NCBI RefSeq assembly: GCF_009914755.1
Contig: NC_060930.1
Direction: 5' to 3' (one strand)
From: the human T2T-CHM13v2.0 reference genome, Homo sapiens
Length of the DNA stretch: 64,000 nucleotides
Part shown: in pieces, positions 48,961 through 64,000 of the stretch
How the letters are laid out: each line of letters begins with the position of its first letter
How positions within the stretch are numbered: the first letter of the stretch is position 1
The notes under the pieces: generated by a model
Database searches by the model: none
What the model was told of the DNA's origin: nothing
Seen by the model: only the letters and a program-made list of their open reading frames with translations
Made by a program: the position numbers and the translations under genes

Positions 48961-51900
48961 ATATTATGGATGAGAAACAGATGAATAGGTGGCATTGTAT
49001 TCCCAGCACTATGTATTCAGGAAATGCCACTGTATAACTCTGTCATAAGTAAGTGTAAGGAAATGATGGGAAGATAATTGTCTTCTATTCAAAAAGAAAA
49101 ATTATGTGTTTATAATAATACATTTTCTGAGCTTTTTTTACTGCTGATTTTTAAATAGAAGTGTAAATATAAAATATATTTTCTCAACATGAAAAGGAGT
49201 ATTCATTTCTAAAATTATGAAAATGACATTTTGATTAGGTATGACTGATTAGCATTTTCAAGAATTATTTGAGTTGAAATCAATGATGTAATTCATTTTG
49301 CTTTTATTCCACTGCTAGTTATATTGATACAACAGTGGAATATGTCCATGCTCTAGTGGGTAAATGATTCAGGGAAGACACAAGGGAGATTTTAGTCCTT
49401 TGAAGTTTATAAAATTGGAGTTTATTCCTTGGTTAAACAACTACTATGGTTTGGTAGCAATTTATAAATATTTTTAGCAATTGTTATATTAGGCATAGAA
49501 ATACTGATCCTAAATGAATGGTAGAAAACAGTACTACATTTTCATATCTATGCATATTCAGAAATTTTTTTTTACTCAGTGTAGATATAAAATTTTCATT
49601 TACTCCAATTCTATAATATGAATTAATGGAAAAATTATTATAAATGAATACAAATAATTCTTTCATAAATGTTAAATAACGTTACTTACAGTGAAACATT
49701 TGAAACATTTTAAAACTAACATCCACATTAATTCATCAGCAAGTATAAATAATATGAACAATTTACCAGGCATTCTGGGTTCAGGATTTCGTATTCCTGG
49801 CTCCTTTTACTTTTCGTAGGAGGATTATTTCTTTAATTTAAAAAATGTATAAAATTGAAAATATAAAATTATCACAGCCTCTCAATGCCAATTGCCATGA
49901 AAAACAAATACAAACTACAAGCAGCCTATCTGGAATGCAAGTATAGGGCCCTGAAGTTAAGATTCCTTAGGATCTGGAAAAATTTGATTCTGACAACATA
50001 TATTTACTTTAAGAAGAGCCCTGATTTAAGAAGTATGGAAGGTATAAAAGAAACAGGTACTTCTTTATTTTGATAATTCTCATAGAGTTCATTAGATAAT
50101 CATAGGTAACATTTATTAAATCTTTCCTCTCTATGACACAATGCTAAATACTGTGTCTAATAATTAGCTTATTTATTGCTTTTAGCGTTCTGAGAAAAAT
50201 ATTACTATTATCCCTATTTTTCACAGAAAAAATAATTGTCAAATGTAAAATATTTAAAGATTATAGAATTTGGATGCTGACAAATTGATATTTGAAGCTT
50301 GTGTTTTTAATCCCTTTTCAAAATTGCCATTCAGAAAAGGTAAATAACAATGAAGTAAAACAAGAGTGGAAAGGAAGCCATTTACTCATATTGTCAAAAT
50401 AGTTGTATATTCTAGTATGTCTGTGAATTATTGGAAGATATGAGAGAAAAGTCATCATGATACTCCCTAACCAACAGGACAAACATATTTTTGATGATAT
50501 ATTTGGAAGGAGATGTAATCATGGTGATGGCTAACAGTCTTCTTTTTTACATATAGATTTTTCTCTTCTTTTCTATTTGCCTGTATCTTCAATTAATAAG
50601 CTGTACCTAGAAGATTATACTGTTAGTTATGAATATATTCTATTTAGTCATTTTTCCATATTTTAAAATAATTCTACCACTTATTGATTTAGATTTATAT
50701 GATGACCAAATAAATTTAAATTCCAAGACATGGTTTAAGGCAAATGAATACTAGAGTATTTTCCTTCTCTTTGCCTCAGAACTTTAAAAATACGTGGAAA
50801 TGTAAATAACGTTCAGAGAAGAGTGGTAGTGATTATTCACAATGTCAAACAAGAGCTACAAGATAATGTTAAAGAAACTGACTAATGAAAAGCTTCAATA
50901 AAACAAAAGATTCTTGCATTCAGGAGAGTGACCAACTCCTCTCAATCTCCACTAATAATGAACTGAGTAGAAATAAGTATAAATCACAGAATGAAAAATT
51001 TGTTAGCTATAAGAATTTTATATTTGTAAAATGAATACTAAACATATGTAAAAAGATTGCACAAAGGCCCTAAATCAAATTACCGTTCCATGTCAAAAAA
51101 ATTATAAGAAAAAGAAAGAATCTTACGGGCAATACAAAGAATTCAAAAAGGACCGAATCTTGTCTCTGATTGATAGGATTAAATTGCTTTCTGTTCTCCT
51201 TGTATAGATCAATTTTACTATGTTTTAGAAGGTTTGGAAATGAGACTGAAAGAATAAAAAATTAAACATATAAGTAAAAGTATTTATTATCATCAGTGTA
51301 GACGTTTTCTACATGTAGAAAAGGAAAATCAACTATCTCTTTAATTTAGCACTTAAATATAGTCTCCATATTGTTTGATTGATTTTTGTTGATTATCTGC
51401 TCATTACTGTAATAAGGAAACTGAGACTCAGAAAGGCTAAATTAGCTTTCACAGGCCATGTAGTTACAGAATCAGGATTTGGGCTATGGCCTTAAATGTT
51501 GGTGTAATGAACTATATATATATATTTTTCCCAATTGTTCACTGTCTCACCTTCTTGCAGTATTTTCCATTTCTATGTTAATGGCATCTCACTTGATCTT
51601 GCGACCTTCTTTTGACAAAAATGGTGGGTGAAACGCCATTTGTTACTTCTGATGTAATTTTTGAATTACATCAGAAGAAATTAAATTTATGAAGAAATTT
51701 AACATAATAACCAAAAATAACCTCTACAGTTGATTTCAAAACTAACATAAAATAAAAAGAAAAAAAGGCACTATTTGTCAATGGAGAAAGTAACAATTAT
51801 TCAGGAAGTAACAATTATTTAGAATATAGAATTGATATTACTGTTGAGCAATTAAGAAAAATTACTTCAGAGATGCTCCTCTTGATTTACAATAAAATAA

Positions 51901-52199
51901 TCTCTATAAATTAGAGTTAATATTTTGAAGTTAAATAAACGTTTATTTAAAAAAAAGTTGATCCTAAAAGATACCTGAAATGAATCTATATCTGTATATA
52001 TGTCAATAAAGAGCAGGAGTCATTTCAGGAACTGAAATGATTATTTTAAACCTGTAAATAATTTATTTTGGAGGGGGGTATTGTATCAATTTCTGAGTTA
52101 TTTAGGAGAGATAAATATAATGTCTAAAGATCAGGGCATTGCTGAAAAGGAAAAGTGTCAAAACAAAAAAATTGTTATACTTTTTAAATTAAAAATATA

Positions 52200-52267
52200 A
52201 GCTGAGCCCAGGAGTTTCATACCAGCATAGTCAACATTAGTAAGACCATATTTCTAAAAAAAAAAAA
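52200..52267 (+). mobile_element. FLAM/Alu monomer fragment
   Basis: 'tgagcccaggagtttcataccagc...agaccatatttct' followed by an A run. Confidence 0.7.
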
Positions 52268-52821
52268 TTTAAAAGGAAAACAATAGATAAGGAAATATAT
52301 TTGTGATTTGTTTAATACACCTATTATTTTAACATTGCAAATAATAAAATATAAAGATCCCAGTAACTCAGTTAGCAAAGGCTAATGACTATTAGCCATT
52401 AATTGGTCATTAATAACCAATTAAATTATTGTATTTTTAAAACAGAGGTATTTTTAAGGACTTTTTTTTTGAGCAACTTTAGGTTCACAGCAAGAGTGAG
52501 AGGAAGATACAGATATATCCCATATACACACTGTCTCTACACATGCCTATTCTCAAAAATGGGGAATTTAAAATCTATTAGGAAATATCATTATAAAACT
52601 TATGTGAGACTATGCTATTTTTCTTTGTTAATTTCAAGAAAAACACACGTTGAAAACAACTAGAAGAGACCAAATACATACACATAAAGTTAGTATATGT
52701 TGTGTTAAGTTTGTAGAATTTTGGATTGATCATTTTCTCTTCTTTTTTTAGCTTTCCAAACTTTCTGACACTGTATTTTTTTCAAAATACTCATAATAAT
52801 TTCCCAATGTGATATGTACTT

Positions 52822-53048
52822 CAAACTCCTGGGCTCAAGTGATCCTCCCACCTCAGCCTCATGAATAGCTGGGACAATAGGCAGGCACCACTATGCCTGG
52901 CTAACTTTTTTTTAATTGCTATTGTTTTAGTAGTAACATGGTCTTGTTATTTTGCCCATGCTGACCTCAAACTCCTGGGCTCTAGTGATCCTTTCACCTT
53001 GGCCTTCCAAAGTGCTGGGATTACAGATATGATACACCACGTCCAGCT
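52822..53048 (-). mobile_element. Partial AluJ
   Basis: 'ctcctgggctcaagtgatcctcccacctcagcc' ... 'caaagtgctgggattacag'. Confidence 0.85.
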
Positions 53049-54089
53049 TTAAGTGTTTTAAAACTGTCGTTTCAATCTGTGATTTCATTGCTTGATCCTC
53101 AAAACTATTCTCCTCAATGTATTTGTGAATTAATGTTGTTTTTCAAAGTCATTCAGTCTCAGTAAAATGATAAAAATTGATCACTGTCATTTGAGTATAC
53201 ATGAAAATTTAGGTGATGCCACTAAAAAAAGTTGAATTGGGGGAACAATGAATTCATTCAATTTAAGTTTAGTGTACTATACTTATGAACTGTGTAAATC
53301 ACTTTTGTGATCGATAGCTGTCCTAGTCGAGAAATATTCATGCAAATAGACCAATTTTACCTTAATCATGTGAACTTCCATGATCTTATTTATTACGTAG
53401 AGGCATGAGTGTGGGTTCTCTAATTGCTTTTTTCTACAAATGCTAATATTTATCATAATATTATAACTACTTAGAAATCATTCCTGAGGGAAGATGGAGA
53501 TTGGAATTTATTGTATTTATGTAGGTTGCATTTTTCTTCATTTGATATAAGCAACACAATAGACTATCATTTGAGAATTTTTCGTTTGTGCTCATAACCA
53601 TAATGTATTTCAATAGTGTTATCTTAGGATGAATGTAATGAAGGTGGAGGGATTTATTTTTCTTAAATTAATATTTTGAGGTAGAAATTACATAATAAAA
53701 ATCACCAATATCTGAAGTGTCTACTTCAATGAGTTTGACTATATGTATCCTGAAACCATCATACAAATCAAGATATAAGCTTCCATTACCCAGAAACTTC
53801 CCTCAAGTACCTTTCTAGTCTATATGCCACCTCCTATTCACACAACACCAGGAAACCATTTTCTGATTTTTTAAGAATCCTAGATAGCTTTTGCCTTTAC
53901 TTAGAAGTAGAATCATACTGAACATGATGTTATTGTAAACTTTTTTTATTCCCTCCATACAATGTCTGTGAGATTACTTCATGAGATGTGTATGTGTGTG
54001 TGTGTGTGTGTGTGTGCGCACGTGTATTCTGTCCTTATGTTGATGACTGGTATTCCTTTGTTTGAATGTAAAAAATTTTGTTTATTCCC

Positions 54090-54360
54090 TGCATATGTGC
54101 ATATATTGCTATATAAATATATATGCATATGGCAACATGTGTATATGCAATATATACAATATGTTCATATACACATATTGCTATATGTGTATATGCAATA
54201 TATACAATATGTTCATATACACATATTGCTATATGTGTATATATATTTATATTGCTATATGGGCACATATGCATATATTGCTATATGCGTACATATATTT
54301 ACATAGCAATATGTACATATATATGTATAGCAATACAACACATATATAGCAATATTGTAT
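54090..54360. repeat. AT-rich minisatellite containing an exact 48-bp duplication
   Basis: 54137-54184 is identical to 54185-54232. The motif catattgctatat recurs. Confidence 0.9.
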
Positions 54361-54585
54361 AAGGCTGCTATGACATACTATTTTTTTTGTGGGAGGAAAG
54401 GGAAATATTTCTGGTTAAAATTGATAAACATTTGAGTTGTTTATATTTTAGTGCTATCATTTATAAAGTTGCTATGAATATTTCTAAACTAGTGTTTTGT
54501 GGATATGGGTAGTTTTTTTAAATTTTGTTTTGTTTATCTTGGTAAATACTTAGGAATAGAATTGTTGGACCATAGCATATGTGTA

Positions 54586-54778
54586 CAGTAAGTCCTCACT
54601 TAAGATCATCAAGAGATTCTTGAAAACTGCAACTTTAAGCAAAACTCAAAACAAAGACAATTTTTCTTCTCATCAATGTTATAAGGAAACAAGTAGTTTA
54701 CATCATTCGAGGACCTGCTCTACATCATTTTGCTTAAAGTTACAAAACCTACCAACAATGTTAAGTGAGGACTTACTG
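54586..54778. mobile_element. Tigger-family MITE (MER82-like), 193 bp
   Basis: Perfect 18-bp TIRs CAGTAAGTCCTCACTTAA / TTAAGTGAGGACTTACTG, flanked by TA on both sides. Confidence 0.88.
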
Positions 54779-55559
54779 TATGTTTAATTTTATAAGAAAT
54801 TTCCAAATAATTATCAAAGCAATTGTACCATTTTACACTCTTGTCAGCAAGACATGAGAGTCCCAATTGCTCCACCTCATTATGAATACTTGCTTGTAAA
54901 ATTTTTAATTTTAACAATTCTAATGGGTGTGTGGTAGTTTTTAATTTGCATGTTTCTGATGACTAAAGATATTTAGAATCTTTTCATATGATCATAGCCA
55001 CTCTTGTTTCTTTTTCTATGAAGTGGCCAAGTTTTTGTTTGATGTTAAATTATAAATAATTTCTATTCTGTTGTTAGTTGAAATATTTTATGAATTTTCA
55101 TTAACTGGATTAAAAGTGTTGATTAAATCTTCCATATCCTTATCAAGTTTCTGTCTATTTTTTCTATTAATTACAGAAAGAGGTTATGTTAAAATCACTA
55201 AGCATAATTATGGACTTGTCTATTTTATTCTTTAGTTCTGTCAATTTTGAAGCTCCATTTTATGGTGTAATTGCATTTAAGATTTTATAGTTTCCTGATA
55301 AATTGAAACTTTTTATTGGAAAAAATTCTAGTAGTCTGCTGTTTAAGAATTTTTTTCTTAAACAATCTATATTTTTAAAAAATTTGAATATATTACGTTA
55401 TGCTTGTTTGTGTTAGTGTTTGTTTAAAATCTCTTTTTCATCCTTTTACTTTTAACCTATCTATGAGTTTATATTTGAAGGGTATCTGTTGTAAACCACT
55501 GTGTTTGATTCCGGCTTTTTTATCTAATCTGACAATCTCTGCCTTTTTTAATTGAAAAA

Positions 55560-56340
55560 TGTTTAATTTTAGGTTCAGGAGTACATGTGAAGATCTGTTA
55601 TATAGGTAAACTTATGTAACGTGGGTTTGTTGTACAGATTATTTCATCACCCAGGTATTAAATCTAATACCCAATACTTATTTTTCTGCTCCTCTCCCTC
55701 CTCCCACACTCCACCCTCAGGTAGGCCCCAGTGTCTGTTGTTACCTTTTTTGTTTTCATGAGTTCTCATCACTTAGCTTGCACTTATAAGTGAGAACATG
55801 TAGTATCTGATTTTCTGTTCTTGTGTTAGTTTGCTAAGGATAATAGCCTGCATCTCCATCCATGTTCCCGCAAAAGACATGATAGTGTTCTTCCTTATGG
55901 CTGCAGTATTCCATGGTATATATGTACCACATTTTCTTTATCCAATCTGTCATTGATGAGCGTTTAGGTTGATTGTATGTCTCTGCTGTTGTGAATAGTG
56001 CTGCGATAAAAATTAATGTGCATGTTTCTTTATAGTAGATGATTTATATTCCTCTGGGTATATACCCAGTAATGTGATTGCTGGGTTGAATGGTAGTTCT
56101 GCATTTAGCTCTTTGAGGAATTGCCATACTGCTTTCCACAATGTTCCCTTTTTCTGCAACCTCGCCAGCATCTGTTATTTTTTGACTTTTCAGTAATTGA
56201 CATTCAGACTAGTGTGTGATGATATCTCATTGCGGTTTTGCTTTGCATTTCTCTAATGATTGATGATATTGAGCTTTCTTTTTCATATGCTTGTTGGCCA
56301 TATATATGTCTTCTTTTGAAAAGTGTCTGTTCATATCCTT
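55560..56340 (-). mobile_element. L1PA15/16-like 3' end
   Basis: 'ggttcaggagtacatgtg', 'cacttataagtgagaacatg', 'gggtatatacccagtaatg'. Confidence 0.9.
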
Positions 56341-57284
56341 ATTCAACTTATTTTTAATGTAGTTATTGATAATGGTGGGCTTGATTCCATCTCTTCAATA
56401 TTTTTTTTTAAATTTTGTCATGTGTTGTTTGTTTTTGTCTTTCTCTTGTCCTGAATTTTTGGTGTAAATTTTTTGTTGTTTTTTTAAAAAAATTATTTTA
56501 TTCTCATTGATGTTTTTAACTACGGCTCTATGTTTAATTTTTTAATTGTTGCTCTAGTATTACAATATATATTTTCAAATTAACACTCACACCTCTGAAT
56601 TAATACTATATGCAATTTTCAATCTAAAACACTTGCATCCTGGACACAAATATTTATATTTTTCCCATATGCCCATATACTCACTGTCTACTCCAAAATT
56701 CTAATCACATTACTACATCAGAATCATGCTTAGGTTTTAGTATCCTGTTATCTAAATCACTCCCAAGTGTGTATGAGGCAGATCAAGTCCCACTCATTTG
56801 TAGCTTCTCAGGGAACCCTCTTAACTGAGACCTATGAACTAATACCTCTGAATTCCCAAACTACAAGTGTGAAACAGGGACAAGATAACAGCAGGATTCA
56901 CTCTCATTCAAAACAGAGAGGAATGAGAGCATATAGCAGTTACTGGTCCACAACAACTCTGGAATTCAGTCACACATATATCTCCAGATCTCAAGAAATG
57001 GGGAATAGTCCTTAAGTAGGGCCCAGTTTGGCTCCCTGAGGATGGTACCTTCTCTCTGCTTTAAGTCATGTGTCAAGCCATCTGTCAATCTCTTTTTTAT
57101 CAAAGATGTTTTATGTCTGTAATTAAGATTTCTCAGTCTGTTTAGTGCCCTTAGGTATTCTGTAAATTTTGGTGAGAACTCCTTGCTAATTTGAAATGAA
57201 TATTTGTCACAGTTTGGGTTTCAGTTTGGTTAAATTCAAATTGTATTGTTCAAAATGTTTATATACTTACCAATTCTGCCTGTG

Positions 57285-57289
<5 letters not shown>

Positions 57290-57317
<28 letters not shown>
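57290..57317. repeat. (TG)n microsatellite
   Basis: Direct reading. Confidence 0.95.
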
Positions 57318-57319
<2 letters not shown>

Positions 57320-57751
57320 TCCAGCTATTACTTACATGGTTTGTTAAAATCTCTAGCTGTAATTGTAAATTCTTCTATATTTTATTTTAGTTTTCTCAAC
57401 CTATACAAATAGTTTGGTAATGTTACTAGGTACATATGTGGTAGTGTATGTTTTATGCTAGTTACATAAATATTACTTAGGTTTTGCTACACATATGTTA
57501 CAAATATGTCACATGGTAATTAACTTTTAGGATGATTACATTTTCCTGTTAAATTGGATTATTTATAATTGTGAAGTAGCCCTCTTCATCTCTTCTAGTA
57601 TTTCTATTCTTAAAGTATAGTTTTTATATGGCATCAGCAACTTTCTTTTGGTTGAAATTTGAGTAGAACACTATTTTTTATCCTTTTTCTAGGAAAGTTA
57701 AATGTTCCACAGCTTTAAAATATGTGTTTTTTTTTTTTTGTGAACAGCAAA

Positions 57752-59361
<1,610 letters not shown>

Positions 59362-60816
59362 TAAAATAGAATTTTAAAAAAGTTTGTCCCCTTTTTAAAA
59401 ACTCTTAGCCATAGTTGTTTTAATATTTTTTCTAATAATTTTTATTACTTATAAATCTTTTTCTATTGACTTTTATATAATTCTAATTATTTGTTTCTAT
59501 GTTCTGCTTCCTGGTAAACATGGCAAATTATTTTGTTGTTAAATGTATGAGTTTGTATATGACAAATTGTAGTCACTCTGGATAAAGTAGTCTTCCATCA
59601 CAGAGGATGTATTTATTATTTATTTATTTATTTATTTATTTTGGCAGAAGACTGCAAGATAATAAAAAAATACTTTGAGGCTATTAATAATTTTTCCTTT
59701 ATTTCTAGGTCATCTCCAATTACCTCAGAGATATCCATTTGAAACCCTGAAGTGTTTACTGGGCTGCTTCCTACTTGCAGTCTTTGAACTCAAATTGTTT
59801 TCTTCTCTGTACTGTAAGAATGTTGAGATCTATACTTGTTATTTTTAGTTAGCAGGTGTATTCTGCTTGCTTTCTCTGCAGTTGGTCCATTTATGTTTAG
59901 CATATTATTTACTATATGCCCCAAGGAGAAATTCCTGCAGAATGTTGGGTTTACTTCTTAATGTCCTTTTGTTCTTTGGGATTCTTTTCTCTGAAATCAT
60001 TTTTGCCTCTATAGACCCAAACTCCCTTATATTTCACTTCTAAATTCAGTGAAATGCATTAAATAATATATGCTTTTTTCTACTAAGTCCTTATTGCTCT
60101 TGTGTGAACCAGCAAATACTCCCTGGAAAAAAAGCTGCAGAGAAGTTTGGCTTGCATCAGTGAGCATTTATCTCCAAGATCTTTGTCCTTCAAATCTTGA
60201 CTGCCTTAGAATACTATGTGGTGTTTTCAAAACTGTTTTGTATTTTTCCAACTCATAGATGGTATTTGTGGGGAGATTACTCTGAAACCAGTGATTGAGT
60301 TCATATACAGAGTACTGCATGGACAATACACCAGAGGGAAACAAACTTTCAATACATTTTTTATATATTAAAAAAAATGTATTTTCAAAAATTACAACCC
60401 AAAGCAAAAATACAGAAAAGTTTCTGTACTATATCTCAACATATTGTATTGCTATAATATATATATATTTCTTAATGCATATCTTTATTTTCTTGTGAGT
60501 GTTAATCTTGTCTGAACTTATGCTGTAAAACTAATTAAAAAGAGAGAAAAGAGAATATACCTAGGTAGTCCCAGATTCCAAGGAGCTTACAAACACTTTC
60601 CACAAATTTCAATTCAGTAGCTGATTTATATTCTTCTAAATTGTTCTTTAATAAATGGTAACTACAGAGATAATTATGTCTCTGTAGTACATTCACACTC
60701 TTCCAAACAAACTTGGCAATAAGCCAACCATATTATTATTGAAAGGGTCTTTAACTAAATCTATAGAAAATTAATTCTATCCTCAAATAAACTTTCTGAG
60801 GTATCCATGACACTAC

Positions 60817-60863
60817 GTGTGTGCGTGTGTGTGTGTGTGTGTATGTGTATGTGTGTGTGTGTG
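60817..60863. repeat. Imperfect (GT)n microsatellite
   Basis: Direct reading. Confidence 0.93.
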
Positions 60864-62879
60864 ATTGGATGTAAATCATTTCTAATAGATGGAATTAGAA
60901 AGGTATGGATTTGCATTTCTATACATTTCTTCAATTTTTTTTGTCATTGAAATATGTCAAAAATGCATTAGATGAACAAAGGAATGGTAGAAGCTAATGG
61001 TGGGTATATAGATTTTAAACACGCCATTTTCTTGTCCCTGAACTCACAGAATATTTTGGATGCAGTACGGGAGGAAATTACTTCTTTTCTGATATTAGAT
61101 GCAATAGTTATGGAAATTCTCTCCCAGGATAGCGTCTTTCTCATTCAGCACCAAATTACCATTATCGTAACAGCTGTGTCAGCTAGCCAGGGTTCTTCTT
61201 AAAGCAAATGGAAGTTATATAATCTTCCACTCACTGTCATGCAAGATAAAGTATAACCTCATAATAATTCTGGATTTTTACATTAAAAACAATTGCATAA
61301 CAGTGTCCCATTTATGGGGAAGATTGTATTAAAATATAACAAGAAGCAATAAGCTTTAAATTTTCAGGTTGTAATGAATGTGAACTAAAAACAATGACAT
61401 CCCATTAGAAAATACATTTAAATAACATGGAAAGGCAACTCATGATAAATATTTTTAAAATATTGAAAATAATCTGTACATAAACATGGTGAGATAATTA
61501 AATTAAAATTAAAAATAAACTTACATAATTACATAAACCTGAATAACATATAACAGATAATTTGGGCTTACTATTGAGAATACTAGATGATAAGTTGGAC
61601 AGATATCTTATATAATTATACTACCTTGCAAGAAATGTACCCATAGTCATCATCTCCCTTAATGTTCACAATAAAAAAGAAAGTTAGAGTAATACAATTT
61701 TCTAAATCTTAAATATACTCTATATCCAATTAAAAATCTAATACAATAGTTGGAAGAGAAAATTTTACATGCTGATGTTTATGTCTAATGAATGAAAAAG
61801 TCTGTTATTGATTTGCAAGATCTCTTAAATATTAAGTACTTTAACTTTCTGCTTTGTATATATGCTGCAAAAAGTTTTGATATCTGATGTAATTTCACTT
61901 TTTACATTCCTCGATAAGGGTTTTTACTATTTGTTTGTCTGCTTTTAAGGGAACAAATACCAAGTCTTTATCTTGCAGTATGGCAGAACAAATGCCCTGA
62001 TCAACAACCTTGCTTAAAGTTTTGTAAATGTAAGGATGAGTTTGCAACAATACAAGAATTCATTAGATGACAAAAACGAAGTGAAAGTGAGAATCAAGAG
62101 AGGGAGAAGAGCTCTGCACTCACTACCACTCACGCTGAAAGACAAAGCTCAGTATCTCTCCTAAAAGTTCCAATAGAATGCTCCCAAAAAATGCTGGATC
62201 ACAAAGGACTATCATTTTTAAGAATAAGCCAGGAATAAATTAATGTTTTCCAGAAGAGAGCAGAGAAAAACATCTGTCTAAAAACTTGATACTAAGTTTA
62301 TAAGAATGGTATTTTCCTATAAGATCTACTTGTTCTATGAATTCATAGTAGATCAAATTGTATATGAGTACTTTGATGAAGATATATTCCCTACAATGCG
62401 TTCTGCCAATCTTTGACTATACAGATTTTATCTTGTTTTCCTAGAAACCCTCTCTCCACTTTGAAATATTTATATTTGCATTTTCCAGCATAATTTTGGT
62501 TTCTTTTTTACATTTAAGTTTTTTAATCCAGTAGGATACATACTTATGTTAGGCATGAGAAAGAGGTAGAGCTTTTTTTTTTCCACAATTAATTTTTTTC
62601 CTAGATCATTTTTCCTTCAGATGACATTAAAATTATGTCTAATGGATTTTATCTATTTTTTATTAATTTTATTCCTAGGTATGTTTTCTACTTATGGCTA
62701 ATATTTTATTTTATATTTTTAAGCTAGATGTTAGGGGTTTAGAGGAAAACATCTCGTTTTGATTTTGTAACCTGACATGATAAAGTACGCTACTTTTACT
62801 TCTGATGTAGCTTTTTACATTTTTTTGGTTTCCTTATTTGTTTTTTGGGAGGGTACAATGAAAGACTCTGTGTATACTT

Positions 62880-63176
62880 ATTTATTTATTATTTTGATAC
62901 GCAGTTTTGCTCTTGTTGCCCAGGCTGGAGTGCAATGGCGCAATCCAGGCTCACTGCAAAATCCGCCTACCGGATTCAAGCGACTTGTCTTGCCTCAGCC
63001 TCCTGAGTAGCTGGTATTACAGGCATGCCCTATGTTGCCCGGCTAATTTTGTCTTTTTAGTAGAGATTGGGTTTCACCATGTTGGTCAGGCTGGTCTCTA
63101 ACTCCTGACCTCGTGATCCGCCTGTCTCAGCCTCCCAAAGTGCTGGGATTACAGGCGTAAGCCACCGCACCCGGCC
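62880..63176 (-). mobile_element. AluSp/Sq-like
   Basis: 'gctcttgttgcccaggctggagtgcaatggc'. Probable TSD GT(A/G)TACTT at 62872-62879 and 63177-63184. Confidence 0.93.
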
Positions 63177-63213
63177 GTGTACTTTTTAAAAAAAAATTTA
63201 ATGCTAGAGGCAT

Positions 63214-63600
63214 CGTATTACTCCATTCTCAGACTGCTATAAAGATACAACCCAAGACTGGGTAATTTATAAAGGAAAAAGATTTAACTGACTCACAGTT
63301 CCGCATGGCTGGGGAGGCCTCGGGAAACTTAAATCATGGTGGAAGGGGAAGCAGGCCCCTTCTTCTCAAGGCAGTAGGAGAGCGTGTGTTTGTGTGTGTG
63401 CGTGGGCGCGCGTGTGCGTGCGTGTGTGTGTGTGAAGGAGGAACCGTCAAATAGTTATAAAACCATCAGATCTCGTGAGAACTCACTCACTATCGCAAGA
63501 ACAGCATGGTGGAAACCGCCCCCATGATTCAGTCACTTCCTACCAGGTTTCTTCCTCCATACCTGGGGATTACAATTCAAAATGAAATTTGAGTGGGTAC
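63214..63600 (-). mobile_element. THE1D-like solo LTR with an internal GT/GC tract
   Basis: Homologous to the LTRs at 31349 and 33482; right end appears slightly truncated. Confidence 0.88.
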
Positions 63601-63766
63601 TGGTCATGAAACAGAGGGAGATAAAACTAACAGATCATATTCTAAATGTATTATAAAATGATTTGAATAAAATAACTTACATAGGCTATAGGCATATAAT
63701 ACTAGACTGTAATTTGAAATCTGTTTTGTGGTGGTGGATGCAGACTAGAAACAATGTTAATTTTTT

Positions 63767-64000
63767 AATTTTTTTTTTTTTTTTTTTTTTGAGGCAGAGT
63801 CTCGCAATGTCACCTAGCCTGCAGGTGCAGCATAGCTTATTGTAGCCTCAATCTTCTGGACTCAGGCGATTGATCCTCCTGCCTCAGCCTTCCATGTGGC
63901 TGGGACCACAGTAATGCACTACTAGGCCCAGCCAATTTTTTTATTTTTTTGTAGAGATGGTGTCCGACTTTATTTCCCAGGCCAGTCTCAAACTCCAGGG
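63767..64000 (-). mobile_element. AluJ, running off the right edge
   Basis: T-tail followed by 'gaggcagagtctcgc...tagcttattgtagcctcaatc'. Confidence 0.88.

Larger units (their letters stand above)
53670..55550 (-). mobile_element. Old L1M (L1MC/ME-like) fragments hosting a (TG)n repeat, an AT-rich minisatellite and a MITE
   Basis: 'tccattacccagaaacttccctc', 'ttgtaccattttacactc', 'ttaatttgcatgtttctgatgactaa'. Confidence 0.65.

Noticed and set aside
53962-54362. Repetitive Tyr/Ile/Cys/His-rich ORFs
   Set aside because: Translations of the (TG)n repeat and the AT-rich minisatellite.
60972-61202. 76-aa ATG ORF in apparently unique sequence
   Set aside because: No recognisable homology or convincing splice context; the length is within chance expectation. 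Conservation data would be needed.

Overview
Very AT-rich simian primate (probably human or ape) non-coding DNA, either intergenic or deep intronic. I find no supportable host protein-coding gene, RNA gene or CRISPR-like system. The ORFs that match real proteins are broken LINE-1 ORF1/ORF2 pieces; the rest are translations of Alu, MaLR or simple repeats, or chance frames. Much of the window is interspersed repeats. These are a 5'-inverted L1PA-type element (1-4925), a two-LTR THE1D-like MaLR provirus with a perfect 5-bp TSD (31349-33842), an older L1 carrying nested MSTA and THE1B solo LTRs and lacking its RT core, a second 5'-inverted L1, about nine Alus, several ERV1/MaLR LTRs and Tigger/hAT MITEs. 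The most unusual signal not explained by a repeat family is a ~100-nt near-perfect inverted repeat (34348-34447; 41-bp arms around a (TACTA)n loop) that looks like a young template-switch hairpin or pre-miRNA-like structure, next to two shorter palindromes. Subfamily names come from my memory of consensus sequences, not from a search, and boundaries of old elements are approximate.
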